From IMG/VR virus record IMGVR_UViG_3300029957_000006, positions 60,455 to 124,454 of that record: DNA of 64,000 nucleotides; one strand, given 5' to 3'. Both the position numbers and the translations under genes were made by a program. The notes under the pieces are model-generated. The model saw nothing but the letters and a program-made list of their open reading frames with translations. It was not told the DNA's origin and ran no database searches. Every line of letters starts with the position of its first letter. The first letter of the stretch is position 1. The stretch comes from a virus. This document shows, in pieces, positions 40,621 to 51,142 of the stretch.

Positions 40621-41985
40621 ATTTTTATAATACTTTAATTTCTGTTATACTATCAAATGTTTTGGATGCTCCATTTGTGAATTTTATCAAATAGGTTTTC
40701 CAATCCTGAGTTTCACCCCACCAGTCATTTTCAGCTGTATCTGGAGTGATTTGTCTTGAATGGTGTTGTGGGATGACTTCTTTGATTTCAAGTTCTACCT
40801 CAACCTTCAAATCAGTCATAATTTTCATCTTTTTACCAACTAATAATTGTAATACATCCATGATTTTATTTATTTACCATTTCAAATCTTGAAGGATGAC
40901 ACCAATGAATTGTTTCACCATTAGGTAATTGTTCTTTAGTTTCCCAGCTTCTAACATAATTTAATTCTGACACAAGACCAACATCTAAGTGTTGATTGCC
41001 TTGACTATCCAGAATTATTTGTTTAATTGTATAAATCTTATCCAATTCAAGTGCTGGTGCTTTATCATTTCCAGCTAGTGGAGCGATATTAATCGCTTTA
41101 ACTTCTGTTCCTTCTTCAAAAATTATTTTCATATTTGTTTTATCTTCTGTTTCGTAATGTGCTTTAAATCGTTTGTTATCTTCATCAGATACATCATTAC
41201 CTTCCCAATCAAGAATTCCTAACATTTTATCAATATCCCATTGTTGTTGCATTGGTAATTTAAAAAAGTTCTTAGGACGTAAGAACGATAACTCAAACAT
41301 TTCTTTTTCAGTCTTCATTTATTCTTATTTTTAAAATTTATTCTAATTAAATGTATTTTTTCTTTAAACCAAATAAATAATAATTTTTGTTGAAACCAAT
41401 TTAACTTTTTACCGTTTTTCCACGTTTTAGCTGATTCATTAAAAAATGACTTATCTAGCATTGGATATTTTTCAAGAATTTCTGAGGCTCTTTGATTAAA
41501 GATAGGTGTTTTTTCAATCCAATCTCTATCCATCTTGTAATTCTTATCTGCTGGTATACTACCCCAAATAAGTTCACAAACAAAACGCATTTGTTTATCA
41601 GTTAACTTTTCCATTATTTAGCTGGTGTGAAAACAAAGTATTCATCAAAATTCTGATCTCTATCAGGTGATTGATAATTAACATGCCATCCATTCTTTCT
41701 AAAAATAGGTTCAAAATCCATCCAGTTATTATCAAATAATTTATCTCTTGTGATTGTATTATCCAATTTGATTATTTCAGATACAATGGCTTTTTGTGTT
41801 ATAGATATGGACTTACCAACAAATTCTTTTTTTAAAAGATTATTTACTGCTTCAATAACAACACTAGGAATAACATTTTCAATGTTATCTTTTAAATCTG
41901 TTGGACTAAGTGGTTTTACATTTTCCATGTTTATTGGCTTAGGTACAAACAAAGGTACTGATAATAAATGATATATGCAAGTTAA

Positions 41986-42225
41986 TTAACGTTTACCTTC
42001 CTTAAAGGCTGATTTCGTTTTGTCAGAAAATCGCTTTAAATCACCAAGATTTAAATGATATTGTTTTGCATATTCTTCAATTGCACCAATCAAATCACTT
42101 AATTCACACATGATAAGAATTTTATCACATTGATCATAAGCATCTGTAAGTTCTTCAAATTCTTCTCGTATCTTTGAGAATTCTCCTATCTCACCTTTAG
42201 TGATTTCTCGTTTATGATATCCCAT
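41986..42225 (-). CDS. MazG-like small protein
   Basis: KIREEFEEL...ELSDLIGA. Confidence 0.55.
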   Translation of the reverse strand: MGYHKREITKGEIGEFSKIREEFEELTDAYDQCDKILIMCELSDLIGAIEEYAKQYHLNLGDLKRFSDKTKSAFKEGKR

Positions 42226-42760
42226 AGAGTTTAATTAATGACGATGTTCTAGGTTCAGCACAACCAGTAGCATATATCCAATCAAGGAATTCACAACTTC
42301 TGATTCCATAACTACCCAATTCCTTACCATATATTTCAATATCAAAACCGATATCAGTTGTAAGAACCTTTAGTCCTTCTTTAAAATACTGTTCATAAAA
42401 ACTTAATGCTTTCTCAACAATATTAGTCAGCTCCAATTGAGTTATAGTATCGGTTTTTATCAATTCATTCTTCATGAAATATTTTGTATGTGTGAAGTCA
42501 AAAGCTTCAAATCTAAAACATGGTGTTATAGTTTGATATTGTCCCTTAGGTAAAAATCCTTTCAAATATAAATATAAAAAAGACTGCTCACCAGATGCTA
42601 CTAAGCATTTATTGTTATGCTTAAGCTGAAAGGAAATACGATCACTTGGTTTTGTGATATTATCAACCTGTTCTGAGACTGTCCAAGGACTTTCTACTCG
42701 TTGGAAACCTCTTGCTTCATAAAAATTAATAGAGTCGTCTAATAGCTTATAATTGATCAT
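42212..42760 (-). CDS. Minimal class II aminoacyl-tRNA synthetase-like domain
   Basis: GFQRVESP (motif 1-like), PCFRFE...FMKNEL (motif 2), ELGS, TGCAEPR (motif 3-like). Confidence 0.6.
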   Translation of the reverse strand: MINYKLLDDSINFYEARGFQRVESPWTVSEQVDNITKPSDRISFQLKHNNKCLVASGEQSFLYLYLKGFLPKGQYQTITPCFRFEAFDFTHTKYFMKNELIKTDTITQLELTNIVEKALSFYEQYFKEGLKVLTTDIGFDIEIYGKELGSYGIRSCEFLDWIYATGCAEPRTSSLIKLYGIS

Positions 42761-43281
42761 GTTGTTATAAAACCTTTTTTAATTAAATCATGAATATATA
42801 TACTATGGAAGATATTTTTTTCATTAGCATAGCCAATACTCATATGAAGACCCCAAAATGGTCGGCCAAGACCTAATTCTGCTCGAATGCTATGAAGCAA
42901 CTCACGTTCATCTTGTGGAATATTCAACCACCAGATTCTATCATCTGTTTTTGGATTTAAATCTAGTGTAATTGGAATTACTTGGTTATGCCATTTAAGC
43001 TTTACAGCTTCCCATGTTGCATCAATCTGTTCAATGGTTTTAGTGCCATTGATGCTTAGGTCCTTGATACTATCATTAATGAATGATATGTGACCACCAC
43101 GAAGTGGTTTATTAAGAATCAAATTATAACGCTTGTTAACAAACCATGCATAATAATCTGTTACATCACCATCAAGATGAACCATAGCCATTCGTTTCCA
43201 CGATGACTGTACATTATGTTTCTTTGTCTTGTTCTCGACTTCAAATGCTATTTTACCCGTAAGTGTTATTTGGTCAGACAT
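42757..43281 (-). CDS. 2H phosphoesterase-like protein
   Basis: HISF and HMSI motifs. Confidence 0.5.
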   Translation of the reverse strand: MSDQITLTGKIAFEVENKTKKHNVQSSWKRMAMVHLDGDVTDYYAWFVNKRYNLILNKPLRGGHISFINDSIKDLSINGTKTIEQIDATWEAVKLKWHNQVIPITLDLNPKTDDRIWWLNIPQDERELLHSIRAELGLGRPFWGLHMSIGYANEKNIFHSIYIHDLIKKGFITT

Positions 43282-43356
43282 ATTACAAAGGTACTAACTT
43301 TTTTTATGGTTTCCAAATATCTTTACATTTTCATATAAAACAATATATTTTTAAGT

Positions 43357-43884
43357 ATGACACTAGAAGAGCGAATAAATTATAATAGAGCTTACGGTAA
43401 AGCATATCGTAAGAATAATAAGAAAAAATTGGTTGCTAAACAAAAAGAATGGAAGAAAAATAATCCATTAAATGTTAAAATATCTGAGAAGAAATGGCGA
43501 GATAATAATCCACTATATAAACGAAACTACATTAAAAAAAGAAAAGAATTAGACCCTCTTTATAAATTAACTTCTAATATTAGAAGTTTAATTAGACAAT
43601 CGTTCAGATATCGTGGAATTAAGAAAAATACATTATCTGAACAAATACTTGGATGTTCTTTTATTATCTTTAAAGAATATTTAGAATCAAAATTTCTTCC
43701 TTGGATGAATTGGGATAACTATGGTAAATATAATGGTGAATTAAACTATGGTTGGGATATTGACCACATTATTCCATTAAATACAGCTACTTGTGAAGAT
43801 GACATTATAAAACTTAACCATCATACTAATCTTCAACCATTATGTAGTAGAACAAATAGAAATATTAAGATGGGTGGTTTTTAA
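43357..43884 (+). CDS. HNH endonuclease
   Basis: MNWDNYG..WDIDHIIP...NHHTNLQPL. Confidence 0.75.
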   Translation: MTLEERINYNRAYGKAYRKNNKKKLVAKQKEWKKNNPLNVKISEKKWRDNNPLYKRNYIKKRKELDPLYKLTSNIRSLIRQSFRYRGIKKNTLSEQILGCSFIIFKEYLESKFLPWMNWDNYGKYNGELNYGWDIDHIIPLNTATCEDDIIKLNHHTNLQPLCSRTNRNIKMGGF

Positions 43885-44470
43885 TCCAATCTTGCCAGAA
43901 AGTGTTATTCTTTCGCTCATTGATTATATCGTTATGTGTCATAGATATAAAATATTTCCTAGGTGTGAATGTTTCAACATCATACATTAACAATGATGTT
44001 TCATAACCAACACATTTAACTAAGCTTAAAAATTCATCATATGTTTTTACTTTTGTTTTTAATTCATAAAGTATTTCTGAATTAATTTCCTTTGATATTT
44101 CTTCAGTAATAGCAGCAATTAAATTTTCCTCTGCATTTACAACACCATAAGCTTGTAAATCTTGTATCATTTCTGGTACCCATGTTGCTTTTAATTTATG
44201 TGACTGATAAGCTGTTTCCCACTGATCATTAGTTATTCCTTCAGCGTATGCCCATTTTGAAAACTCAGATTCACATAAAACAATATTAAAAGAAAAGATA
44301 ATTGATAGTGATTCTACTATCTTACAACCCCATTCATGAATATCATTATATTTTGTAAAGAACTTACCATCCTTGAATTGATAATTCTTATCAAGGTAAT
44401 TTAATATTTGTATTTGTTTTTCTCTATTTTCCACATAACAATAATACGAAAAATAATAGAAAAATAAAGA

Positions 44471-45172
44471 TTATGCCAATCTAAGAGTTTTTAAATACTC
44501 TCTTAAAAATGCATTTCTTTCACCACCAATCTTCTCAAGCCAGTGAACATAATTTCTATTGTTTTTCAATTCTAGTTCAGCCAATTGATCTTCGCTTGGC
44601 TTTCTTCTACCCCATGGAAGTGTTTCTGGAATAAAATCTGGATAAAGAGTCTTATCAAAAACCCTTTCATCTACTAAAAAACAAATAGCTGTTAATTGAT
44701 CACCTAAATCTGGTTCATAAAATGATTGTATTTGAACTCCTAGATTTTCTAGTGTAATTAAATGTTTATTTAGTGTTCCAAGACGTTCTGGATTGTTATT
44801 GGTTGTACCACCATTAAGAATGATAAATGTTTCATATTTATCAGCCCATCGATTATATGTTTCTTCAATAATACCAATACCTCTTACTGATCTACCATAT
44901 CTAACAACAGCATGACCAAATTGGATTCCTTGTTGAATTGGACTCAAGTTATATGGAACCATACCATACATACGAGTAATCAAATACTTGTCAGTTTTAC
45001 GTGGTTGAGAATTTGGCTTTACTGTGCATTCACTAATGAATTTCACAAATAAATCCTTATCGATTTTATCTGTAAAATAACCGTCTTCACCTACTGGCCA
45101 TTCTTTTAAATCCAATACTCTCATATTAGATTCTAGGCACCATTCATATCCTGTTTTTTTTATCGTTTCCAT
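44471..45172 (-). CDS. Peptidyl-tRNA hydrolase (Pth2)-like protein
   Basis: QQGIQFGHAV, IILNGG, FYEPDLGDQLTAI. Confidence 0.55.
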   Translation of the reverse strand: METIKKTGYEWCLESNMRVLDLKEWPVGEDGYFTDKIDKDLFVKFISECTVKPNSQPRKTDKYLITRMYGMVPYNLSPIQQGIQFGHAVVRYGRSVRGIGIIEETYNRWADKYETFIILNGGTTNNNPERLGTLNKHLITLENLGVQIQSFYEPDLGDQLTAICFLVDERVFDKTLYPDFIPETLPWGRRKPSEDQLAELELKNNRNYVHWLEKIGGERNAFLREYLKTLRLA

Positions 45173-45372
45173 ATCATTTATTTACCAACAACTAACGTCA
45201 GTTATATCTTTTTCAATTCCGTAGTCATCAAATCTAATCTTAACAACGGTACCAATACCTGTTGCTTGAAAGAGAAACGTTTCTTCACCGACTTTACCAT
45301 GAAGTGTTTTCAATGCTGATCGCAATTCATTTAGAGCTGCTAATTCTTTTTCGTTTAGTTCAAATTTCATAT

Positions 45373-46638
45373 TTAGTTCAGTTCCAACAGATGACTGATG
45401 GTACATTGTTTTGTATTGTAAAGCACATATTCATTATTGATAAGATCATAACCACCCTTAGCGAATACACTGTCATATCCTTCTCTTTTTAATTGACTTT
45501 CACAAAGCGAATAACAACTTGATGTATGATGAAGGATTTCTTTTTGATTTCCTAAATGAGAATCATATAGTGCTATATAACCTTTGTTTGAACTTCCTTT
45601 GGTCCAATATGAACCTTTTAATGATGAATAACCACGTGCCTTTTGTGCTTTATCAGCAAGGTAAATTCCATCACCAAACATACTGCCAGTATGAACTGCT
45701 CCAGCTGGTCGAATTAGTATTCCTGATTGAAGTAAGTTGAACCAATTTTCATTTCTTGAACCATGAAAATAAAGTCGTTTCTTTTTAACTTTTGCATTTG
45801 TGACAAACTTATCAAATGTATCCTTTGTCTTCGGATTATTAACTCTGAAGATACGTTTAACTTGATCTTTACTAGAACCCAATAACTTATAAATAAGTTC
45901 AAGCATCTTAGGGTCTTTTTCAACTTCAATACTCACACCCATTTGATCAAGAATGGTTGATCCAGCATTATTAGTTTTATTAACTAGTGTTGCCTTTTGT
46001 TTCAAAAGCTTTACCTGACCAGCCATTGTATCTAACGTGTCCTGTTCATTTCCAATTAATTCTTTTGCTATTTTAAGGGTATTAGAATTAGTGATTGGCT
46101 CAAATAGATGATCACGTACATCTTTCATCTTTCTAGGGATGGTGATGTAAAGTTTCATTAACAAATCATTCAATATTTTCAAATCAACACCAACCTTCAA
46201 AATTTTATTGATTGAATCGATAACATCTTGAGCTGTATTAACTTGTTGTTCAGATACTGCTTCTTGTGTTACCTTATAGTTTTGTTGAATAGATTTATTT
46301 GCAAAATTCATCAAATCTTCAATCAAAGCTCTTACATCCTTGTCTTGAATATCAACAGTCTTGCTACCATTGGCATTGTTGACTGGTTCAACCATCAAAT
46401 CAGTTACATCAGTATAACCTTTAGTCTTACTAAGCTTCTGTTTGTAAACTGAATCCCATTTGGATTTATCCTTGTATTCAGTTGTTAGTTCTTTTCCAAC
46501 ACGCCCATAATCACAACGAATTCTTCCATCTGGAAGTTCTTCCATTATGTAAACCTTATTACTATTGCCTGTCTTACCATTATCAACACTGACATGAATA
46601 AGCTTAGCATATCTTAAACCGTTTTCTTTGAGGATCAT
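45373..46638 (-). CDS. PARP-like ADP-ribosyltransferase (WGR + regulatory + catalytic domains)
   Basis: NKVY..YGRVG (WGR); FHGSR, GSMFGDGIYLA, GY, NNEYVLY (H-Y-E triad). Confidence 0.88.
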   Translation of the reverse strand: MILKENGLRYAKLIHVSVDNGKTGNSNKVYIMEELPDGRIRCDYGRVGKELTTEYKDKSKWDSVYKQKLSKTKGYTDVTDLMVEPVNNANGSKTVDIQDKDVRALIEDLMNFANKSIQQNYKVTQEAVSEQQVNTAQDVIDSINKILKVGVDLKILNDLLMKLYITIPRKMKDVRDHLFEPITNSNTLKIAKELIGNEQDTLDTMAGQVKLLKQKATLVNKTNNAGSTILDQMGVSIEVEKDPKMLELIYKLLGSSKDQVKRIFRVNNPKTKDTFDKFVTNAKVKKKRLYFHGSRNENWFNLLQSGILIRPAGAVHTGSMFGDGIYLADKAQKARGYSSLKGSYWTKGSSNKGYIALYDSHLGNQKEILHHTSSCYSLCESQLKREGYDSVFAKGGYDLINNEYVLYNTKQCTISHLLELN

Positions 46639-47594
46639 GATTACTCAGTCATATAAGTTTGAATAGTATGAACACCAGTTTTAAGCTCAATCAAATCTGA
46701 TGTCTTAACATCATTATGTCCAGCTTCTTTAAGCAATTTCTTAGCTGAAACCTTATTAATTGCAATTACAATAATTTCTGTATCTGTAATTGCCCAAGGA
46801 TCAGTATTTTTGATCGTATAATGAAATGTTTTCATGATTGTTTATTAATGTACAAAGGTAGTAAAAAAAATTCATTAAACCAAACCTTTTTTCATACTAT
46901 CCAGATATGGCTTACATATATCAGCTGGACCTTCATTAAAAAAATTCATATTTGGTGTAATCGTTTTTATCGGTTCATCTCTGAAATTAACTTCTTTTTT
47001 TGGTAATGGTTTAGGTTCTTCTTTTTTATCCGAACCCTTAAGCATTTCTGGTCTGTTCTCTTGCACCCAAGCAAGATAAGATGGTTGATTATTCAACAAC
47101 CACCCAATTGTCTTACCAGCATGCTTACCACTCCTTAAAACAAATTCATTATTCATTTTATTCCTACCAATTCTTAGTTACATCATCAAAAAGGTTAGGA
47201 TTCTTTATGATCCAATTATAAAAAAGAGATTGCATTTCTGGTGGTACCATGTTTCCATTAATATATACCACATCAGTTACAATCTCAATTTCTTGATGAG
47301 CTGGAAGGGGCATTCCTTTACCTACTTCAGCAGCTTCTTTTAATCTATACACTCTATTTGTTATCATATTGCAAATATACTAATAAAATAATTCATTTGC
47401 AACTATTAAACAAAAAGAGCCCTATCAAGGACTCAAATTGTTATCAGCAAAGGGACCGATAATTATTAATACAAAGATACTACTTTTTTATTAATCTAGC
47501 AATTTTATTTTTCAAAGATGGTTAAGTTTTATTAAATTCCTATATGGAGTTATAAAATAAATAATCAAAATGGTGTCAAAACGCCATAGTAATA

Positions 47595-48416
47595 GTTGTG
47601 ATTCCCTTTTAGAAGAATAAAAAAAACGTCACAATAAGCAGAAAGATCAAGGTGGGTGTTGTGATTCCTTTATGGAATTATAGAATAATTAATTCATCTG
47701 TGATAAAAGCAGATGTATTACCATTGTGATTCCAATATGGATTAATATAATTACTAACTAGTCTTAATTGTCAAATTCAAATACTAGCATTGTGATTCCC
47801 TACGGAATAATATAATTACTAACAAATTACCCTTAGATTCATCAAATCGATTGTTGTGATTCCCCTACAGAACGATATAATTACCAACTTTTATTAATCT
47901 AGGAACTTGGATTAATCTGTTGTGATTCCTCTACGGAATGATATAATTATCAACTTTAACAACTGGAACTACAATTACAATTGGGTTGTGATTCCCCTAT
48001 GGAATGATATAATTATCAACTACTGTTAAGAACTAATTCAGAACTCTGAAGTTGTGATTCCCTTACGGAATAATATAATTACCAACTAGATTAGAGTGAG
48101 TGTCAAGGTAATCCTTGTTGTGATTCCCTTACGGAATAATATAATTACCAACTAAACCAATTGATGTATGGGAGGCTTATTAGTTGTGATTCCCTTACGG
48201 AATAATATAATTACCAACCTTTTTGTTTTAAACGTTGAATCGATTTGTGTTGTGATTCCCTTACGGAATAATATAATTACCAACTATTGGTTTCCATTTG
48301 TTGAGTGTTGCTAAGTTGTGATTCCCTTACGGAATAATATAATTACCAACAGCGTTTTGAAATAATTGCTTAAGCCTTTTGTTGTGATTCCCTTACGGAA
48401 TAATATAATTACCAAC
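47595..48416 (-). CRISPR. CRISPR array: about 13 repeats of 36 nt, 29-30 nt spacers
   Basis: Plus-strand repeat GTTGTGATTCCCTTACGGAATAATATAATTACCAAC, identical at 48051, 48117, 48183, 48249, 48315, 48381 and progressively degenerate toward 47595. Confidence 0.97.
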
Positions 48417-48494
48417 CTATCTCAAGTTAAATATTTGATATTAATTGATTTAGGTTATTTTATTAAAAATAATATGTCAAAGAACTTGTATAAA
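48417..48494 (-). promoter_or_regulatory. CRISPR leader with boxA-like element (48474-48486)
   Basis: AT-rich; adjacent to the undegenerate repeats; minus-strand AGTTCTTTGACAT. Confidence 0.6.
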
Positions 48495-49199
48495 TTAGTC
48501 TAGTTTATACAATTTATGATTTTCAGTTTTATATATTGTACCAAATCCAGAACCAGTTGATTGACCTATGCCAATATTATATAAAAGCTCGGCAACCTTC
48601 TTGTTTGTATAAATACTAATATGACACGAATTAGCAGAATTAATTACGTTTTTAACTAAAATTCGTTTAATTTTATGACTATCATTAATAGGTATTTTAA
48701 TTTCAAAATCTGTTAAATCTAAACTAGTATCGATCTTAGTTAATTTATTAATTAAATAATGTTTTATTTGATTCTCAAAATCAGTATCATTAAGGGTAAT
48801 AAAAGAATAGTTTTTCTTATCTATATATTTTTTTATTATAAATGGTGATAATGTAGCAAAATGATTCCATCCATTATTAAAATATTCATTAATATGATCA
48901 ACACCACAAAAAGTCATACCAGCCATTAATGATGGATTATTGATGACACCAATTAATATATTATTAATGAATTCATTATTTTTAGACGAAACAATAATAT
49001 ATCCACCATTATCAAAAGATAAATGTTTAGATTCTAAATTTAATTTACCACCATATAAATGAGAAATATTATAATCATTTTTAGCATCATGATAAATATT
49101 ATTTCTACCTAAACATTTATGAATATAAGAATTCAACATTGCTTGATTGCTTATTGGAATTTCACTAGTATTTTTTGAAAAATTTATTTTGATTCTCAT
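48495..49199 (-). CDS. cas6: Cas6 endoribonuclease (classical type, not Cas6f)
   Basis: TLSP, C-terminal GIGQSTGSGFG glycine loop; next to array. Confidence 0.9.
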   Translation of the reverse strand: MRIKINFSKNTSEIPISNQAMLNSYIHKCLGRNNIYHDAKNDYNISHLYGGKLNLESKHLSFDNGGYIIVSSKNNEFINNILIGVINNPSLMAGMTFCGVDHINEYFNNGWNHFATLSPFIIKKYIDKKNYSFITLNDTDFENQIKHYLINKLTKIDTSLDLTDFEIKIPINDSHKIKRILVKNVINSANSCHISIYTNKKVAELLYNIGIGQSTGSGFGTIYKTENHKLYKLD

Positions 49200-49200
49200 A

Positions 49201-50043
49201 TTATTGTTTTTCTAAACTTATTTCACTAACTCTTGTAAACCCTTCTGTTGTAATTATATTACCAGATTTAACACCTTTAATATAGATAAAACCATTATCA
49301 AGTATAGTAGCACAACCTTTATTGGTTTTAATTTTCTCTATATCTTTATCAGATACTGGAACAATTATTTGACCACTAAGTCTTATAATTTTATCTAAAC
49401 CTGTTAAAACTGTTAATTGTGTTCTATTGTTCATATTAATACTTGTATTAGTTGTTGTTTGCCCATAAATACTATCAAAAACGGGTGTTTTACCTTTTGA
49501 TTTCAACATTTTAAATAATTCATCAATACGCTTATCTGGTCTTGATAGAATCAATTCTTTAACCTTATTAAAAGATGTGATATTAATATCTATTTTATAA
49601 ACACTTGTTAATATATCAATGAACTCTTTATATAGTTCATCACCTAATAAATTATTTATACGTTTCCAATAAACAAATGATTGAGTACTCCAAGAATTTC
49701 CGATTGATTTTTTAGTTTGTATTGTTTCACTTTGAAAATTACCCTTACTATCCTTATAAGAATCAATTCTTAAATACGATTCTAAAGCTTTATTAAAGAG
49801 ATATGGTATGTTATTATATACTGTATCTCGATTAATTGGCTTAGGTCGTTCACCAAACAATACATGAAGCATATTTGATATTTGGTGAACAGTTATGGGT
49901 TCAATGAATTCAGTTTCAGTTTTACGGTCTCTCCTTCCACACATGTCAAACATTTTATCTTTGGTATTTCTATGTTTTCTGAATAACCCTGCATTTCTAA
50001 ATTCTAATACTAGAAATTTAGTCATTTGATTCGGTTGTGACAT
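49201..50043 (-). CDS. cas5: Cas5 (Cas5fv/I-F2-like)
   Basis: Position in operon; IT..QISNMLHVLFGE and SGQIIV...NGFIYIK resemble Cas5fv as recalled. Confidence 0.6.
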   Translation of the reverse strand: MSQPNQMTKFLVLEFRNAGLFRKHRNTKDKMFDMCGRRDRKTETEFIEPITVHQISNMLHVLFGERPKPINRDTVYNNIPYLFNKALESYLRIDSYKDSKGNFQSETIQTKKSIGNSWSTQSFVYWKRINNLLGDELYKEFIDILTSVYKIDINITSFNKVKELILSRPDKRIDELFKMLKSKGKTPVFDSIYGQTTTNTSINMNNRTQLTVLTGLDKIIRLSGQIIVPVSDKDIEKIKTNKGCATILDNGFIYIKGVKSGNIITTEGFTRVSEISLEKQ

Positions 50044-51106
50044 CAGTTTCGGTTTTAGATGATTTCGATTTCTTAATAGCTTCTTTCTTATCTGCCTTCT
50101 TTTTCTTACTTTCTAATTTACGAGACTCGTAATCAGCTTCAATCATCGCTCTTTTTTCCTTCGCCATTTCAGTATTTTCTTGAATATAAAAATCTTCAGT
50201 TTCAAATACGATGTTTGTTAAATCATTCCTATTAGAAATTCTAATCCAACCATCTTCATTAACAAAAGTATCCTCAAACACATCATAAACTATTTTATAT
50301 TCTAATTCTGATATTTCAACATAAGACCCCTTTCTTTTGATATTGAATTTCAATAGACGTTCAAATAATTCTCTAACAAGTATTTGAATATTATCATTAC
50401 TCATTTTAAATCCATATTCAGCTATTTCAACAAGACTATTTTTAATTTGATAGTAACCCAATTCACTGTCAAAGGATGGCATCTTAGCTTTTAAAAATTG
50501 TTTGTAGATATTAAACATATCAGGATTAAAAGAAAATCTATCAAAAATTTGATCACAACTAATAAATTGTAATTGCATCAAATCAATATTACCAATTGTT
50601 GCATATTCAATTTCACCGACAACTTCTTTTTTATAAAATGAATTATCTGTTTTCTCAGCATCGGTATTTTTAAAACCACTTCTTGAAAAGGTTTCAATTG
50701 AGCTTACAGCATTACATGTCTGTTCTGCATCTGTAATACATAAAACACCTTTTCGTTTGAGGGTTTCTGTTTCGTTAGCGAATAAATAGCCTCTGATAAT
50801 TGATGCTGGGGAAGCAATAAATGAATATAATAAATGTTCGTTATTAATAACGTTTGGTGATTGAAATAGAACATCTTCTTTGAATATATCGTGTCTAATA
50901 CAATCAGATGAAATACTAATTTTATATGATGTTTTATCACCATCTCTATAAAATTTCTTCTTAGCATAAGATGTATTATCATGCATTGTTTTCATATTTA
51001 CAAGATTTGTACCATTAAACATGAATTTCTGATCAGAACTATCAAAGTTAACAACTCCATTACCTTTTAATTTCATTCTGAATAATATGTTTTTAGCTTT
51101 TTTCAT
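50018..51106 (-). CDS. cas7: Cas7 (Cas7fv/I-F2-like)
   Basis: GNGVVNF, ISSDCIRHDIF, IIRGY, QLQFISCDQIFDR parallel Cas7fv motifs as recalled. Confidence 0.8.
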   Translation of the reverse strand: MKKAKNILFRMKLKGNGVVNFDSSDQKFMFNGTNLVNMKTMHDNTSYAKKKFYRDGDKTSYKISISSDCIRHDIFKEDVLFQSPNVINNEHLLYSFIASPASIIRGYLFANETETLKRKGVLCITDAEQTCNAVSSIETFSRSGFKNTDAEKTDNSFYKKEVVGEIEYATIGNIDLMQLQFISCDQIFDRFSFNPDMFNIYKQFLKAKMPSFDSELGYYQIKNSLVEIAEYGFKMSNDNIQILVRELFERLLKFNIKRKGSYVEISELEYKIVYDVFEDTFVNEDGWIRISNRNDLTNIVFETEDFYIQENTEMAKEKRAMIEADYESRKLESKKKKADKKEAIKKSKSSKTETDVTTESND

Positions 51107-51142
51107 TTTTTTGTATTTAAATTGTTATTTGTTTTAAATATA

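Noticed and set aside
47595-48416. Self-targeting spacers
   Set aside because: No spacer match noticed within the window by eye; needs a real search
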